Shown here piece by piece: positions 52,001-60,951 of a stretch of DNA of 64,000 bases. The DNA is taken from the NCBI RefSeq assembly GCF_035999125.1, contig NZ_DASYGX010000005.1, forward strand, positions 46,159-110,158, given 5' to 3'. The translations under genes were made by a program, and so were the position numbers. The notes below the pieces were generated by a model. It was given only the letters and a program-made list of their open reading frames with translations, had not been told where the DNA came from and searched no databases. The stretch comes from Brevundimonas sp. GTDB taxonomy: Bacteria; Pseudomonadota; Alphaproteobacteria; Caulobacterales; Caulobacteraceae. The number at the start of each line of letters is the position of its first letter. Positions within the stretch are counted from its first letter, which is position 1.

Positions 52001-52202
52001 CCACGCCCTGACGCTTGTTGCTGGCGCGTGCGCGTTCGACCAGATCGATCGCCTGGCCCAGTACGGCGGCGCGTTCCGTCACGTCGAGCGGCGTCCTCGC
52101 CAGCAGGCCCCGCACAGTCGCCGTCTCGTCGGCGAACTTGCCGTGGTCGAGGGCGTCCCAATCCTGCGTAAGCGAAGGGGTCGAAGCGGCGGTCGCGATC
52201 AT
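49077..52202 (-). CDS. putA: Bifunctional proline dehydrogenase / L-glutamate-gamma-semialdehyde dehydrogenase PutA
   Basis: 1041 aa. The N-terminal half is a PRODH barrel (FDMLGEGARTAADA..., VSVKLSAL, YWDTEIK). The C-terminal half is an ALDH with SPWNFPLAI, FTGGT, ETGGLNG and EVFGPIL motifs. Confidence 0.95.
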   Translation of the reverse strand: MIATAASTPSLTQDWDALDHGKFADETATVRGLLARTPLDVTERAAVLGQAIDLVERARASNKRQGVVESFLQEFSLGTREGLALMCLAEALLRTPDEDTRDRLIAEKIGSADWAGHLGQSDSLFVNASTWGLMLTGKLVDVDDQARTDLPGFLKRIVGRLGEPVIREAVAAAVRIMGEQFVVGRTIEAALKRSNREGWLCSFDMLGEGARTAADAERYERIYADAITAVGKVAKEGPEAGHGVSVKLSALSPRYEATHEARVWQELYPRVLRLAKIAADADVNFTMDAEEADRLALSLTLLDRLAHEPSLGDWKGLGLAVQAYQKRCPEVIARVAELAKTSGRRLMVRLVKGAYWDTEIKRAQVAGREDYPVFTTKAATDLNYLVCARAMIEASPHIYAQFATHNAHSLAAVHTMATERGVKIEFQRLHGMGEALYDAARAAFGPVTVRAYAPVGGHEDLLPYLVRRLLENGANSSFVHALLDERVPASAVAADPISQVEAHPDRHAKIPVPKDMYMDRQNSLGRDYSQAADRERHLKALKKVDAERFTSGPIVGGKLLAGTGSQEVTNPFDRTQVLGHVSEATEADVDRAAELAANAQVAWDRRMGSGRAPVLCAMADALEADMDRLVALLSREAGKTLNDGVAEVREAADFCRYYAMLAERDFGGRQDLKGPVGEINQLVLHGRGVFACISPWNFPLAIFTGQIAAALAAGNGVLAKPAEQTPLIAAEAVRLFFKAGLPADLLALLPGRGETVGAKLTTHPLVDGVAFTGGTDTAAAINRGLANRPGPIIPFIAETGGLNGMFVDTTALKEQVIDDVILSAFGSAGQRCSALRVLYVPKDSADALIEGLKGALAAQVVADPTDPATDIGPVIDAESRKALEAHVERLNTEARIVARAELPAGADRGDLFAPTIAEIPTPDFLEREVFGPILHVHRYDPAELKTVAGKLAARGYGLTLGVHSRIEAFAEEVIRLVPAGNVYINRGVTGAVVGVQPFGGEGLSGTGPKAGGPNSLIRYASEKAISNNISAQGGDPALLNL

Positions 52203-52283
52203 GGGCGGCTCTCTACTCCCTTCCCCACGGATGGGGGAGGGGCTATTCGTGCGGACCGTTCAACGGCGGAGCCATCCGGCCCA

Positions 52284-53369
52284 ATGCGCATCGTTCTGGC
52301 CACCGACGCCTGGGAGCCCCAGGTCAACGGCGTCGTCCGCACCCTGTCCCGCATCACGGCCGAGTGCCGGGCGATGGGACACGAGGTGGAGGTGATCCAG
52401 CCGGGTCAGTTCAAGACCATGCCCATGCCGACCTATCCGGAGATCCGGCTGGCGCTGGGCGCCGAGGAAGAGATCCGCGAGCGGCTGCGCGCTTTCGAGC
52501 CCGAGGCCGTGCACATCGCCACTGAAGGACCGATCGGCATCGCCACGCGCCGCATCTGCGTGGAGTGGAAGCTGCCCTTCACCACCAGCTATCACACCAA
52601 GTTCCCGGAGTACGTCTCGGCCCGGTTCCCGGTGCCGGTGCAGCTGGGCTACGCCTACATGAAGTGGTTCCACCGGCCGTCCGGCCGGCTGATGGTGGCC
52701 ACGCCGACGCTGCGCGACGAACTGACGGCGCACGGGTTCAAGAACGTCTCGCCGTGGACGCGGGGCGTGGACACAGAGCTGTTCAACCCCGACCTGGCCC
52801 CGATCTATGAGGAGCTGGGCGGCAAGGACTGGCCGCGGCCCTTCTTTCTGAACGTCGGCCGGGTGGCGGTGGAGAAGAACATCGAGGCCTTCCTGGAGCT
52901 GGACCTTCCCGGCACCAAGATCGTGGTCGGCGACGGCCCGGCCCGGGCCGAGCTGGAAGCCAAGTATCCGAAGGCGAAGTTCCTGGGCGCCCGGTTCGGC
53001 GAGGAGCTGGCGCGGTGTTTCAAGGACGCCGACGTGTTCGTCTTCCCCAGCTGGACCGACACCTTCGGTCTGGTGATCCTGGAGGCCATGGCCACCGGCA
53101 CGCCGGTCGCCGCCTATCCGGCGCATGGTCCGATCGACATCATTCCGGGATCGGGCGCGGGCTTCATCGACGACGACCTGAAGACCGCCTGCCTGAAGTG
53201 CCTTGAGATCGACCGCAAGGACGTGCGCGCCTACGCCGAGAAGTTCAGCTGGCGCGCCTCGGCCGAGGAGTTCATCGCCAATCTGGAGCCCTATCCGGAG
53301 CCCGAGCGGGGCCGCTTTTGGCGCCGCCTGCGCCGGATCACGCGACTGCGGAAGAAGGCCGCCGCCTGA
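52284..53369 (+). CDS. GT-B glycosyltransferase, family 4 (SqdX/Agt-like)
   Basis: 361 aa from MRIVLATDAWEPQVNGVVRT. The C-terminal FVFPSWTDTFGLVILEAMATGTPVAA is the EX7E-type motif. The 1384-aa ORF-track ORF is an artefact antisense to putA. Confidence 0.85.
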   Translation: MRIVLATDAWEPQVNGVVRTLSRITAECRAMGHEVEVIQPGQFKTMPMPTYPEIRLALGAEEEIRERLRAFEPEAVHIATEGPIGIATRRICVEWKLPFTTSYHTKFPEYVSARFPVPVQLGYAYMKWFHRPSGRLMVATPTLRDELTAHGFKNVSPWTRGVDTELFNPDLAPIYEELGGKDWPRPFFLNVGRVAVEKNIEAFLELDLPGTKIVVGDGPARAELEAKYPKAKFLGARFGEELARCFKDADVFVFPSWTDTFGLVILEAMATGTPVAAYPAHGPIDIIPGSGAGFIDDDLKTACLKCLEIDRKDVRAYAEKFSWRASAEEFIANLEPYPEPERGRFWRRLRRITRLRKKAAA

Positions 53370-53372
53370 CCG

Positions 53373-54431
53373 TCACTCTTCCGGGCGGACCATTGGGGTG
53401 CGGGCGCGCACGGCCTGGCGCTGGGCTTCCAGTTCCGGGGCCGGAAGCGGCACCAGACCCCGGTCCTGCAGATAGCCGCCGCGGCCCGAGGCGGCGTCGG
53501 ACAGGTATTCGGTGACGAACAGGTCCAGCCCCGGCGTCACGCCGATGTGAGCCTTCTTCACGTAGACGTACATGGAGCGGGAGATCGGATAGTCGCCCGA
53601 GGCGATGGTCTCGAAATTCGGCGCCACGCCGTTGACGGTGGCCGCCTTCACGGAGTCGGAGTTCTGCTCCAGGAAGGAATAGCCGAACACGCCCAGCGAG
53701 CCCGGAGTGCGGGTCAGGGTCTGGACGATGGCGTTGTCGTTCTCGCCCGAGTCGACCCACAGGCCGTCCTCGCGCAGGGTGTGGGCACGGGTCTCGAAGG
53801 CGTCCTCGTCGCTTTCGGCCAATGTGGCCAGCGCCGGCACGGCCTCGGCCGACGGGGTCATGCCCAGCTCCAGCCAGCTGTCGCGCGTGCCCGAGGTGGG
53901 CGGCGGGCCATAGGCCAGGATGCGCACGTCCGGCAGACCGGGCCGCACTTGGGACCAGGTCACGTTCGGGTTCGCGACGAACTCGCCGTTCGGACCCGGC
54001 ACGCTCTTGGCGAAGCCCAGATAGAAGTCGGAGGCTTGGAAGTCGTAGTCGGCGCCGGATCGGGCCACGGCGACGACCAGGCCGTCGTAGCCGATCTTGA
54101 TTTCGAGGATGTCGGTCACGCCGTTTCTGGCGCACTCGTCGAACTCCGACGCCTTCATGCGGCGGGACGCATTGGCGATGTCGGGCGTGGCCGGGCCGAT
54201 GCCGGCGCAGAAGGCCTTGATGCCCCCGCCGGTGCCCAGGCTCTCGACCCGCGGCATGGCGAAGTCGTTGGCGCGCGAGAAATTCTCGGCCACCCGGGTG
54301 GTGAAGGGGAAGACCGTCGACGACCCCGCCGCCCAGATCCCCTCGCGCGATCCACCGCCGCCGTCGCAGGCGGCCAGGACGAGCGCGGTCAGGGCGACGA
54401 CCGGAACGGTCAGGCGACGGACGGACTTCAC
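53373..54431 (-). CDS. PstS-family (PBP-like 2) phosphate/anion substrate-binding protein
   Basis: VKSVRRLTVPVVALTALVLAAC lipobox, then AAGSSTVFPFT...ESLGTGGGIK...ANASRRMK, typical of the PstS family. GTG start at 54431. Confidence 0.8.
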   Translation of the reverse strand: MKSVRRLTVPVVALTALVLAACDGGGGSREGIWAAGSSTVFPFTTRVAENFSRANDFAMPRVESLGTGGGIKAFCAGIGPATPDIANASRRMKASEFDECARNGVTDILEIKIGYDGLVVAVARSGADYDFQASDFYLGFAKSVPGPNGEFVANPNVTWSQVRPGLPDVRILAYGPPPTSGTRDSWLELGMTPSAEAVPALATLAESDEDAFETRAHTLREDGLWVDSGENDNAIVQTLTRTPGSLGVFGYSFLEQNSDSVKAATVNGVAPNFETIASGDYPISRSMYVYVKKAHIGVTPGLDLFVTEYLSDAASGRGGYLQDRGLVPLPAPELEAQRQAVRARTPMVRPEE

Positions 54432-54463
54432 GGACGACTCCAGGCGGCGGCGATTCCCCCCGC

Positions 54464-55273
54464 TTAGAGCAGACGTTTGCGCATGGCTTGTGACAGCAGG
54501 TCGATCAGCGTCACGGCCACGACGACGATGATGACGATCGCCGAGACGTCGCGGAAATCGAAACCGTTGATGCTGTCGAACAGAACCTGACCGATGCCGC
54601 CCGCGCCGATCAGGCCGAGCACCGTCGCCGACCGGCTGTTGGACTCGAAGCGGTAGAGCGCGAAGCTGGTCCACAGCGGCGCCACCTGCGGGATCACGCC
54701 CCAGACGATCTCATGCAGCTTGGACGCGCCGGTGGCACGCACGCCCTCGACCGGTCCCTTGTCGATGCTCTCGACGGCCTCGGAGAACAGCTTGGCCAGA
54801 ACGCCCGCGGTGTTCAGCGCGATGGCCAGCACGCCGGCCAGTGGGCCGAGGCCGACGGCCACGACGAACAGGATGCCGATCACGAGATCCGGGATCGATC
54901 GCAGGATGTTCATCACCCAGCGCACGGGCTGAACCACCCAGATCGGCGCGATGTTGCGCGCTGCGGCCAGACCCATGGGGATTCCAAGGAAAATGGCCAG
55001 GAAGGTGCCCCAGAGGGCGATCTGCACCGTCTCCCACATCTTGCCCACGAACGTGCGCCAGTTGGTGAAGTCGGGGCGCGCCAGTTCGCTGACCAGATTG
55101 TTCACCACTTCGGACCCGGCGAACAACTTGGGAAGGTTTTCCAGCTGGACCGCGTCGAAGCTGTAGATCAACAACGCCGCGACGCCGCCCCAGATCACCA
55201 GATCCAGCAGCCAGGCGGTCAGCGACTTGGTCGGCGGGGCGGGGACCGCGCCCACCGAGGCGGGGCTCGTCAA
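54464..55273 (-). CDS. phnE: Phosphonate ABC transporter permease PhnE
   Basis: 269 aa. ETVQIALWGT..., the EAA-like loop SEAVESIDKGPVEGVRATGAS, and the C-terminal LIGAGGIG are PhnE hallmarks. TTG start overlaps the phnD stop. Confidence 0.87.
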   Translation of the reverse strand: MTSPASVGAVPAPPTKSLTAWLLDLVIWGGVAALLIYSFDAVQLENLPKLFAGSEVVNNLVSELARPDFTNWRTFVGKMWETVQIALWGTFLAIFLGIPMGLAAARNIAPIWVVQPVRWVMNILRSIPDLVIGILFVVAVGLGPLAGVLAIALNTAGVLAKLFSEAVESIDKGPVEGVRATGASKLHEIVWGVIPQVAPLWTSFALYRFESNSRSATVLGLIGAGGIGQVLFDSINGFDFRDVSAIVIIVVVAVTLIDLLSQAMRKRLL

Positions 55274-56277
55274 GGCTGGACCTCACGCTTGGCTCGCAGG
55301 GCGTTCAGTTCGGCCTCGGCCGCGGTCACGCCGGCTCGATCGCCGGCGGCGCGCGCCTCCTGCATCTTCTGGTCGGCGACCAACTCGCGCACGGGGTCGA
55401 GATAGGCGTCGTCGGCAGCGCGGAACTGGGAGTAGTTGAGGCCCTTCAGCACGGTCTTCTGACGCTCGGCCTCGGCCCCGTCGCCCTGGCCGTATTCCAG
55501 GAAGAAGGCGCGGACCTTCTCCTTGACCGTCGGGTCGAGATCCTCGCGCACCAGAATCCCCGATTCCGGGATGGGCGGCGACTTCCAGATTTCCTGGATC
55601 TGAGCGGCGATCTGCGGGTTCTGCCGCTCCAGAAAGACGGTGTTGACCGTGTTCGAGGTCGCCACCTGCAGCACGCCGGAGGCCACGCCGAAGGCGTTCG
55701 CCTGATGATTGGCCGCGCGCACGGTCTTGAAGCACGCCTGAGGATCGACACCACGCTGATTGAACAGGAAGGTCATGGGCGCCAGCGTGCCCGAGGTCGA
55801 CTGGGCGTCGCCGATGCCGAAGTCATAGCGCTTGCCGCAGGCCAGCACGTCGTCCAGCGTGATGCCCGAACCGGCCTTCACGATCAGGGTCGATTGGTAG
55901 GAGTCGCGGCCCTCGACGTCCACGGTGCGGGCGATGACCTCGGCGCCGGCACGGTCGATCGCCTCGATCGCGGACTTGGCGGCGAACCACGCGACCTGGG
56001 TCTGGTTGCCCTCCATGGCCTTCACCAGCACGGTGTAGTTCGAGCCGAAGAAGGGCTCGACCGGAATGCCGACGGCCTCGGCCAGGTCGTCCAGCAGCGG
56101 CTGCCACAGCGGGCCGGACGACGCCTGGCCTTCGGCCGACAGGATCGAGAAGACCAGTTTCGACGGCGCGCCGGACGCGGCCTCTTCGCCGCCCCCGCAG
56201 GCGGCCAGGGCGCCGGTCATCGGCAGGGCCACGCCGGCGGCCAGGATCGCGCGGCGCGAAAGGCTGAAGCGGCTCAT
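55270..56277 (-). CDS. phnD: Phosphonate ABC transporter substrate-binding protein PhnD
   Basis: Tat/lipoprotein-like signal [27 protein letters not shown]. The FSILSAEG... and [12 protein letters not shown] segments are typical of PhnD. ATGA overlap with phnC. Confidence 0.87.
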   Translation of the reverse strand: MSRFSLSRRAILAAGVALPMTGALAACGGGEEAASGAPSKLVFSILSAEGQASSGPLWQPLLDDLAEAVGIPVEPFFGSNYTVLVKAMEGNQTQVAWFAAKSAIEAIDRAGAEVIARTVDVEGRDSYQSTLIVKAGSGITLDDVLACGKRYDFGIGDAQSTSGTLAPMTFLFNQRGVDPQACFKTVRAANHQANAFGVASGVLQVATSNTVNTVFLERQNPQIAAQIQEIWKSPPIPESGILVREDLDPTVKEKVRAFFLEYGQGDGAEAERQKTVLKGLNYSQFRAADDAYLDPVRELVADQKMQEARAAGDRAGVTAAEAELNALRAKREVQP

Positions 56278-57071
56278 TGCTTGGTCTCCCAGAAGGCGTC
56301 CTCGAACTCGGGGCCGTAGATGTCCACGAGGGTCCTGGTGTCCAGGCCGGTCGCCGGGCCGTCGTAGACGACCTTGCCGGCCTTCAGCGCCACCACGCGC
56401 TCGCAATAGCGGATGGCGTAGTCGACCTGGTGCAGGGTCACGATGACGCCCAGCCCGTCGCGCTTGTTCAGCTCGACCAGCAACTCCATCACCTTGCGGG
56501 CCGACACGGGGTCCAGCGAGGCGACGGGTTCGTCGGCCAGGATGGCCTGGGCGCCCTGAACGATGGCGCGGGCGATCGCGCCGCGCTGCTGCTGACCGCC
56601 CGACAGGGTGTTGGCGCGCTGGGCGGCGTAGTCGGCCACGCCGACGCGGTGCAGGGCCGCCATGGCCTTCTTCTTGTCGGCGCCCGGCCACAGGCCCAGC
56701 GCCCCCTGCCAGCCGGGGATGCGCCCGAGCGCGCCCAGCATGACGTTGGAAAACAGGCTCAGCCGGCCGACCAGGTTGAACTGCTGGAAGATCATGCCCA
56801 GCCGGGCGCGCGACCGGCGCACCGCGCCGGTGACGCGGCCGTCCTTCTGCACCGTCTCGCCGAAGACGGCGATCGTGCCGCCGGCGTCGATCGGCTGCAG
56901 GCCGGTGATCGAGCGCAGCAAGGTGGATTTGCCCGATCCCGACGGCCCGATCAGGGCGACCATCTCGCCCTGCGCGACCTCCAGGGACACGCCGTCCAGC
57001 GCCTTTCGGGCGCCGAAGGTCTTGGACACGCCGCGCACGGAGGCGACGGCGGAGGCGGCGGCTGCGGTCAT
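56274..57071 (-). CDS. phnC: Phosphonate ABC transporter ATP-binding protein PhnC
   Basis: Walker [10 protein letters not shown], signature LSGGQQQR, Walker B ILADEP. Start chosen at MTAAAAS (57071); the ORF-track start is 57137. Confidence 0.9.
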   Translation of the reverse strand: MTAAAASAVASVRGVSKTFGARKALDGVSLEVAQGEMVALIGPSGSGKSTLLRSITGLQPIDAGGTIAVFGETVQKDGRVTGAVRRSRARLGMIFQQFNLVGRLSLFSNVMLGALGRIPGWQGALGLWPGADKKKAMAALHRVGVADYAAQRANTLSGGQQQRGAIARAIVQGAQAILADEPVASLDPVSARKVMELLVELNKRDGLGVIVTLHQVDYAIRYCERVVALKAGKVVYDGPATGLDTRTLVDIYGPEFEDAFWETKQ

Positions 57072-57253
57072 GAGGACGGGGGTTCGACGGTTGATCGGAC
57101 GACGCCGCGGATCACGCCGGGCGATCCTTAATGCCATGCCTGCTGCGAGCGCGTCCAGCGTCGCGACATGCCGCGCCGCGCATCGTCTCCATTCGGATTA
57201 AATCAGGCCCCGCTTGGGTTCGGCACGCGCGCCGCCCTGAAAAAACCGCTTTA

Positions 57254-57272
57254 CATGACAGTCCCGTGACCC
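57254..57272 (-). promoter_or_regulatory. Pho-box-like direct repeat upstream of phnC
   Basis: The minus strand reads GGTCAC-gggac-TGTCAT, two hexamers starting 11 nt apart. The second matches the cTGTCAT Pho-box half site. It lies 120-185 nt upstream of the candidate phnC starts. Confidence 0.35.
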
Positions 57273-57360
57273 CATATGGCCGCTTCCGGCGGACCCCGTA
57301 GGTCCAATCTGCGCCGCTAACGCCGGTCTGGGTTCAACAACTAACAGGGGGCTACGTGAA

Positions 57361-58626
57361 TTGCGCACGTACCATCTTCCCCTGGACCTGGTCCGTGAGC
57401 GGTCTCCGGAGCGTCCCGTCGCCCTTGTGCGACCGCGCTCCGTCTCCGTAGCGGCGCGCTGGTTCCAGGACAATCTGAAGGCCGACGTCTTCTATGCGGT
57501 GAAGGCGAACCCGTCGCGCTGGGTCATCGAGACCCTGATCGACGCGGGCGTCACCGCCTTCGACGTGGCCTCGATCGCCGAGATCGAGCTGGTCCGCTCG
57601 GTCAGCGCCGACGCGCGGCTGGCCTTCATGCATCCGGTCAAGAGCCGGGGCGCGATCACCAAGGCCTATTTCGAGCACGGCGTCCGCACCTTCTCGCTGG
57701 ACAGCCATGACGAGCTGGCCAAGATCCTCGACGCCACCGGCGGCGCCGCCGATCTGAACCTGCTTGTCCGCATGGCGGTGTCCGCCGACGGCGCCCAGTA
57801 CAGCCTGTCGGGCAAGTTCGGCATAGGCGTGGATCAGGCCCCCGCCCTGCTCCTGGCCACGCGCCAGGCGGTGAAGGACGGCCTGATGGGCGTCTGCTTC
57901 CATGTCGGCAGCCAGTGCATGCGCCCGTCCGCCTATGAGGCCGCCATGGCCCAGGTCGGCCGCGCCATCACCCGCGCGGGCGTGTTCGTGGACATCGTCG
58001 ACGTCGGGGGCGGCTTCCCCTCGGTCTATCCGGGCATGGTCCCGCCGGACATGAGCGAGTACGCCGACGCCATCCATCGCGGCTTCAACGAGATGCCGGT
58101 GTCGGAAACGACCGAGCTGTGGTGCGAGCCCGGCCGGGCGCTGGTGGCCGAGTCGTCCTCGGTCCTGTGCCGCGTCGACCTGCGCAAGGGCGACGCCCTG
58201 TATCTGAACGACGGCAGCTACGGCTCGCTGTTCGACGCCACGCATTCGCGCTGGCCCTTCCCGACCAAGCTGGTCCGGGACGGCGAGGCGTCGTCGGAGC
58301 TGAAGCCCTTCCGCTTCTACGGCCCGACCTGCGACTCGATCGACCACATGCCGGGGCCGTTCCACCTGCCCGCCGACGTGCAGGAAGGCGACTTCATCGA
58401 GATCGGCATGCTGGGCGCCTATGGCGTGGCGATGTCGACGGGCTTCAACGGCTATGGCGAGCATGAGGTCGCGGCGGTGCAGGACGCCCCGATGGCCTCG
58501 CTGTACGGCCTGGCCCCGCGCTCCATCCCGACCGTGCGCACCACGGCGGAAGAGCAGGCCCGCAAGGTCGTTCGCCTGTCGCGCCCCAAGGGCAAGGCGG
58601 GCGTCCGGAAGCAGCGTCGGCGCTAA
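57361..58626 (+). CDS. Type III PLP-dependent ornithine/lysine decarboxylase (Orn/DAP/Arg decarboxylase family 2)
   Basis: FYAVKANP (PLP lysine), HVGSQ, GGGFP and the C-terminal GPTCDSID...GAYG motifs. TTG start with AGGGGG 12 nt upstream. Confidence 0.85.
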   Translation: MRTYHLPLDLVRERSPERPVALVRPRSVSVAARWFQDNLKADVFYAVKANPSRWVIETLIDAGVTAFDVASIAEIELVRSVSADARLAFMHPVKSRGAITKAYFEHGVRTFSLDSHDELAKILDATGGAADLNLLVRMAVSADGAQYSLSGKFGIGVDQAPALLLATRQAVKDGLMGVCFHVGSQCMRPSAYEAAMAQVGRAITRAGVFVDIVDVGGGFPSVYPGMVPPDMSEYADAIHRGFNEMPVSETTELWCEPGRALVAESSSVLCRVDLRKGDALYLNDGSYGSLFDATHSRWPFPTKLVRDGEASSELKPFRFYGPTCDSIDHMPGPFHLPADVQEGDFIEIGMLGAYGVAMSTGFNGYGEHEVAAVQDAPMASLYGLAPRSIPTVRTTAEEQARKVVRLSRPKGKAGVRKQRRR

Positions 58627-58650
58627 AGCGTCACACGCGCGTTCTAATCA

Positions 58651-58689
58651 GCAGCGGCCCGTCGCTCCGTCCGGGCCGCTGTTTTCTTT
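58651..58689 (+). terminator. Strong Rho-independent terminator between the decarboxylase and the DHS-like gene
   Basis: cagcggcccg-tcgctccgtc-cgggccgctg (perfect 10-bp stem) followed by ttttctttg. Confidence 0.75.
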
Positions 58690-58725
58690 GACGACGGGCG
58701 CTCACCAGTAAGGGAAACCAAACCG

Positions 58726-59784
58726 ATGAACGCTCCCGTTCAATCCAACCAGAAGGCCCAGCTGCTCCAGAACGTCGTGGAGCACGTCGACATCACCAGC
58801 TTCGATGCCCGTCCGATCATCGACTCGATGCGCAAGATGTCCTTCTCCAGCCGCGACACGGCCCGCGCCTCGGACATCTTCAACATGGCCATCGAGGACC
58901 AGGACTGCTCGCCCTGGCTGATCCTGGCGGGCTCCACCTCGGCCGGCGGCTGCATGCACGTGTACCGCGACATGGTGAAGTTCGGCATGATCGACGCCGT
59001 GGTCGCCACCGGCGCCTCCATCGTCGACATGGATTTCTTCGAGGCGCTGGGCTTCAAGCACTATCAGGCGGCCGGTCCGGTCGACGACAACGTCCTGCGC
59101 GACAACTACATCGACCGCATCTACGACACCTACATCGACGAGGAAGAGCTCCAAGCGTGCGACCACACCATCCTCGAGATCGCCAACCGGCTGGAGCCGC
59201 GCGGCTATTCCTCGCGCGAGTTCATCTGGGAGATGGGCAAGTGGCTGTCGGAGGGGAATGCGAAGAAGGAAGGCAGCCTGATCCAGACCGCCTATGAGAT
59301 GGGCGTGCCGATCTTCTGCCCGGCCTTCGTCGACAGCTCGGCCGGCTTCGGCCTGGTCAAGCACCAGAAGGAGCGGGCCGCCGCCGGCCAGCCCTATATG
59401 ATGCTGGACGCCATCGCCGACTTCCGCGAGCTGACCGACATCAAGATCGCGGCGGGCACCACCGGCCTGTTCATGGTCGGCGGCGGCGTTCCCAAGAACT
59501 TCGCCCAGGACACCGTCGTCTGCGCCGAGATCCTCGGCGTCGAGGCCGACATGCACAAGTATGCGGTCCAGATCACGGTCGCCGACGTCCGCGACGGCGC
59601 CTGCTCGTCCTCGACGCTCAAGGAAGCCGCCTCGTGGGGCAAGGTCTCGACCACCTATGAGCAGATGGTCTTCGCCGAGGCGACGACGGTCGTGCCCCTG
59701 ATCGGCTCGGACGCCTACCACCGCGAAGGCTGGAAGAAGCGCGAGCCGCGCCGCTGGCAGAAGCTGTTCGAGACGGCGGCGTAA
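58726..59784 (+). CDS. Deoxyhypusine synthase-like protein (bacterial homospermidine synthase type)
   Basis: 352 aa. LAGSTSAGG..., DAVVATGASIVDMDFFEALG, GGGVPKNF and KEAASWGK are deoxyhypusine synthase family motifs. Confidence 0.85.
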   Translation: MNAPVQSNQKAQLLQNVVEHVDITSFDARPIIDSMRKMSFSSRDTARASDIFNMAIEDQDCSPWLILAGSTSAGGCMHVYRDMVKFGMIDAVVATGASIVDMDFFEALGFKHYQAAGPVDDNVLRDNYIDRIYDTYIDEEELQACDHTILEIANRLEPRGYSSREFIWEMGKWLSEGNAKKEGSLIQTAYEMGVPIFCPAFVDSSAGFGLVKHQKERAAAGQPYMMLDAIADFRELTDIKIAAGTTGLFMVGGGVPKNFAQDTVVCAEILGVEADMHKYAVQITVADVRDGACSSSTLKEAASWGKVSTTYEQMVFAEATTVVPLIGSDAYHREGWKKREPRRWQKLFETAA

Positions 59785-59811
59785 GCGCTTTTCGACAGCG
59801 ACAAGGACCAA

Positions 59812-59845
59812 GGGGCCGCGAGCGATCGCGGCCCCTTTCTTTTGT
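59812..59845. terminator. Bidirectional Rho-independent terminator
   Basis: ggggccgcga-gcga-tcgcggcccc (perfect 10-bp stem) followed by tttcttttgt. It lies between the convergent DHS-like gene (+) and the aldo/keto reductase gene (-). Confidence 0.75.
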
Positions 59846-59853
59846 CTGACGGC

Positions 59854-60855
59854 TCACGCCTGCTCGCTGTCCATGAACCGCAGCAGCTGTTCCGGATAGC
59901 GCGCGCCGGCGACGGCGTCCTTGGGCACCGCCGCCTCGATGGCCGCGAGGTCTTCCGGCGTCAGGGTCAGGGCGACGGCCCCGAGCGACTCCGCCAGCCG
60001 ATCCCGTCGCCGCGCCCCGACCAGGGGCACGATGTCCTCGCCTTGCGTCGCCACCCAGGCGACCGCGATCTGGGCCACCGTCGCGCCGCGCGTCTCGGCC
60101 ACGCCGCGCAGGGCCTCGACCAAAGCCAGGTTGCGGTCCAGGTTCTCGCCCTGGAAGCGCGGGCTCATGGCGCGGAAGGTGCGGTCGACCGACCGATCCC
60201 TCGACCAATGGCCGCTGATCAGGCCGCGCGCCAGGACGCCATAGGCCGTGATGCCGATGCCCAGCTCGCGGCAGGTCGGCAGGATGGCGGCCTCGATGCC
60301 GCGCGACGCCAGGCTGTATTCGATCTGCAGGTCGACGATCGGGTGGACGGCGGCGGCCCGGCGGATGGTCTCGGGGCCGACTTCCGACAGGCCGATGTGG
60401 CGGACGTAGCCCTTCTCGACCAGCTCGGCGATGGCGCCGATGGTGTCCTCGATCGGCACGGCGGGGTCCAGCCGCGAGGGCCGGTAGATGTCGATGTGGT
60501 CGATGTTCAGCCGCCGCAGCGAATAGGTCACGAAGTTCCGCACCGACTCCGGCCGGCTGTCATAGCCGCGAAACCCCATGTCGGGATCGCGTAGCGCCCC
60601 GAACTTGACGCTGAGCAGGGCCTGCTCGCGTCGCCCCTTCAGGGCCTCGGCGATCAGCATCTCATTGTGGCCCATGCCGTAGAAGTCGCCGGTGTCGAGC
60701 AGGGTCACCCCGGCTTCCAGCGCGGCGTGGATGGTGGCGAGGCTCTCGTCGCGGTCGGCCGGGCCGTAGAAGTCGGACATGCCCATGCAGCCGAGGCCGA
60801 TCACGGAGACCTCCGGGCCGGTCGCGCCCAGGCGGCGGGTGGGGAGGGTGGTCAT
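59854..60855 (-). CDS. Aldo/keto reductase
   Basis: 333 aa. GLGCMGMSDFYG, LLDTGDFYG, DIYRPSRLDP and GLSEVGPETIRRA are motifs of the AKR11/13-type family. Confidence 0.9.
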   Translation of the reverse strand: MTTLPTRRLGATGPEVSVIGLGCMGMSDFYGPADRDESLATIHAALEAGVTLLDTGDFYGMGHNEMLIAEALKGRREQALLSVKFGALRDPDMGFRGYDSRPESVRNFVTYSLRRLNIDHIDIYRPSRLDPAVPIEDTIGAIAELVEKGYVRHIGLSEVGPETIRRAAAVHPIVDLQIEYSLASRGIEAAILPTCRELGIGITAYGVLARGLISGHWSRDRSVDRTFRAMSPRFQGENLDRNLALVEALRGVAETRGATVAQIAVAWVATQGEDIVPLVGARRRDRLAESLGAVALTLTPEDLAAIEAAVPKDAVAGARYPEQLLRFMDSEQA

Positions 60856-60951
60856 GGCGTCGCTCCTCTGAGGGTGAGCCCGCTAGATGCGCCCTGTTCG
60901 CCTGTTCGATAATCGGGCAATCTCCGCATGAACTGTGCGGATCAGCGAACA

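Noticed and set aside
49215-53369. 1384-aa plus-strand ORF
   Set aside because: Only the last 361 aa (from 52284) form a real GT4 glycosyltransferase. The rest is antisense to putA and is translated junk.
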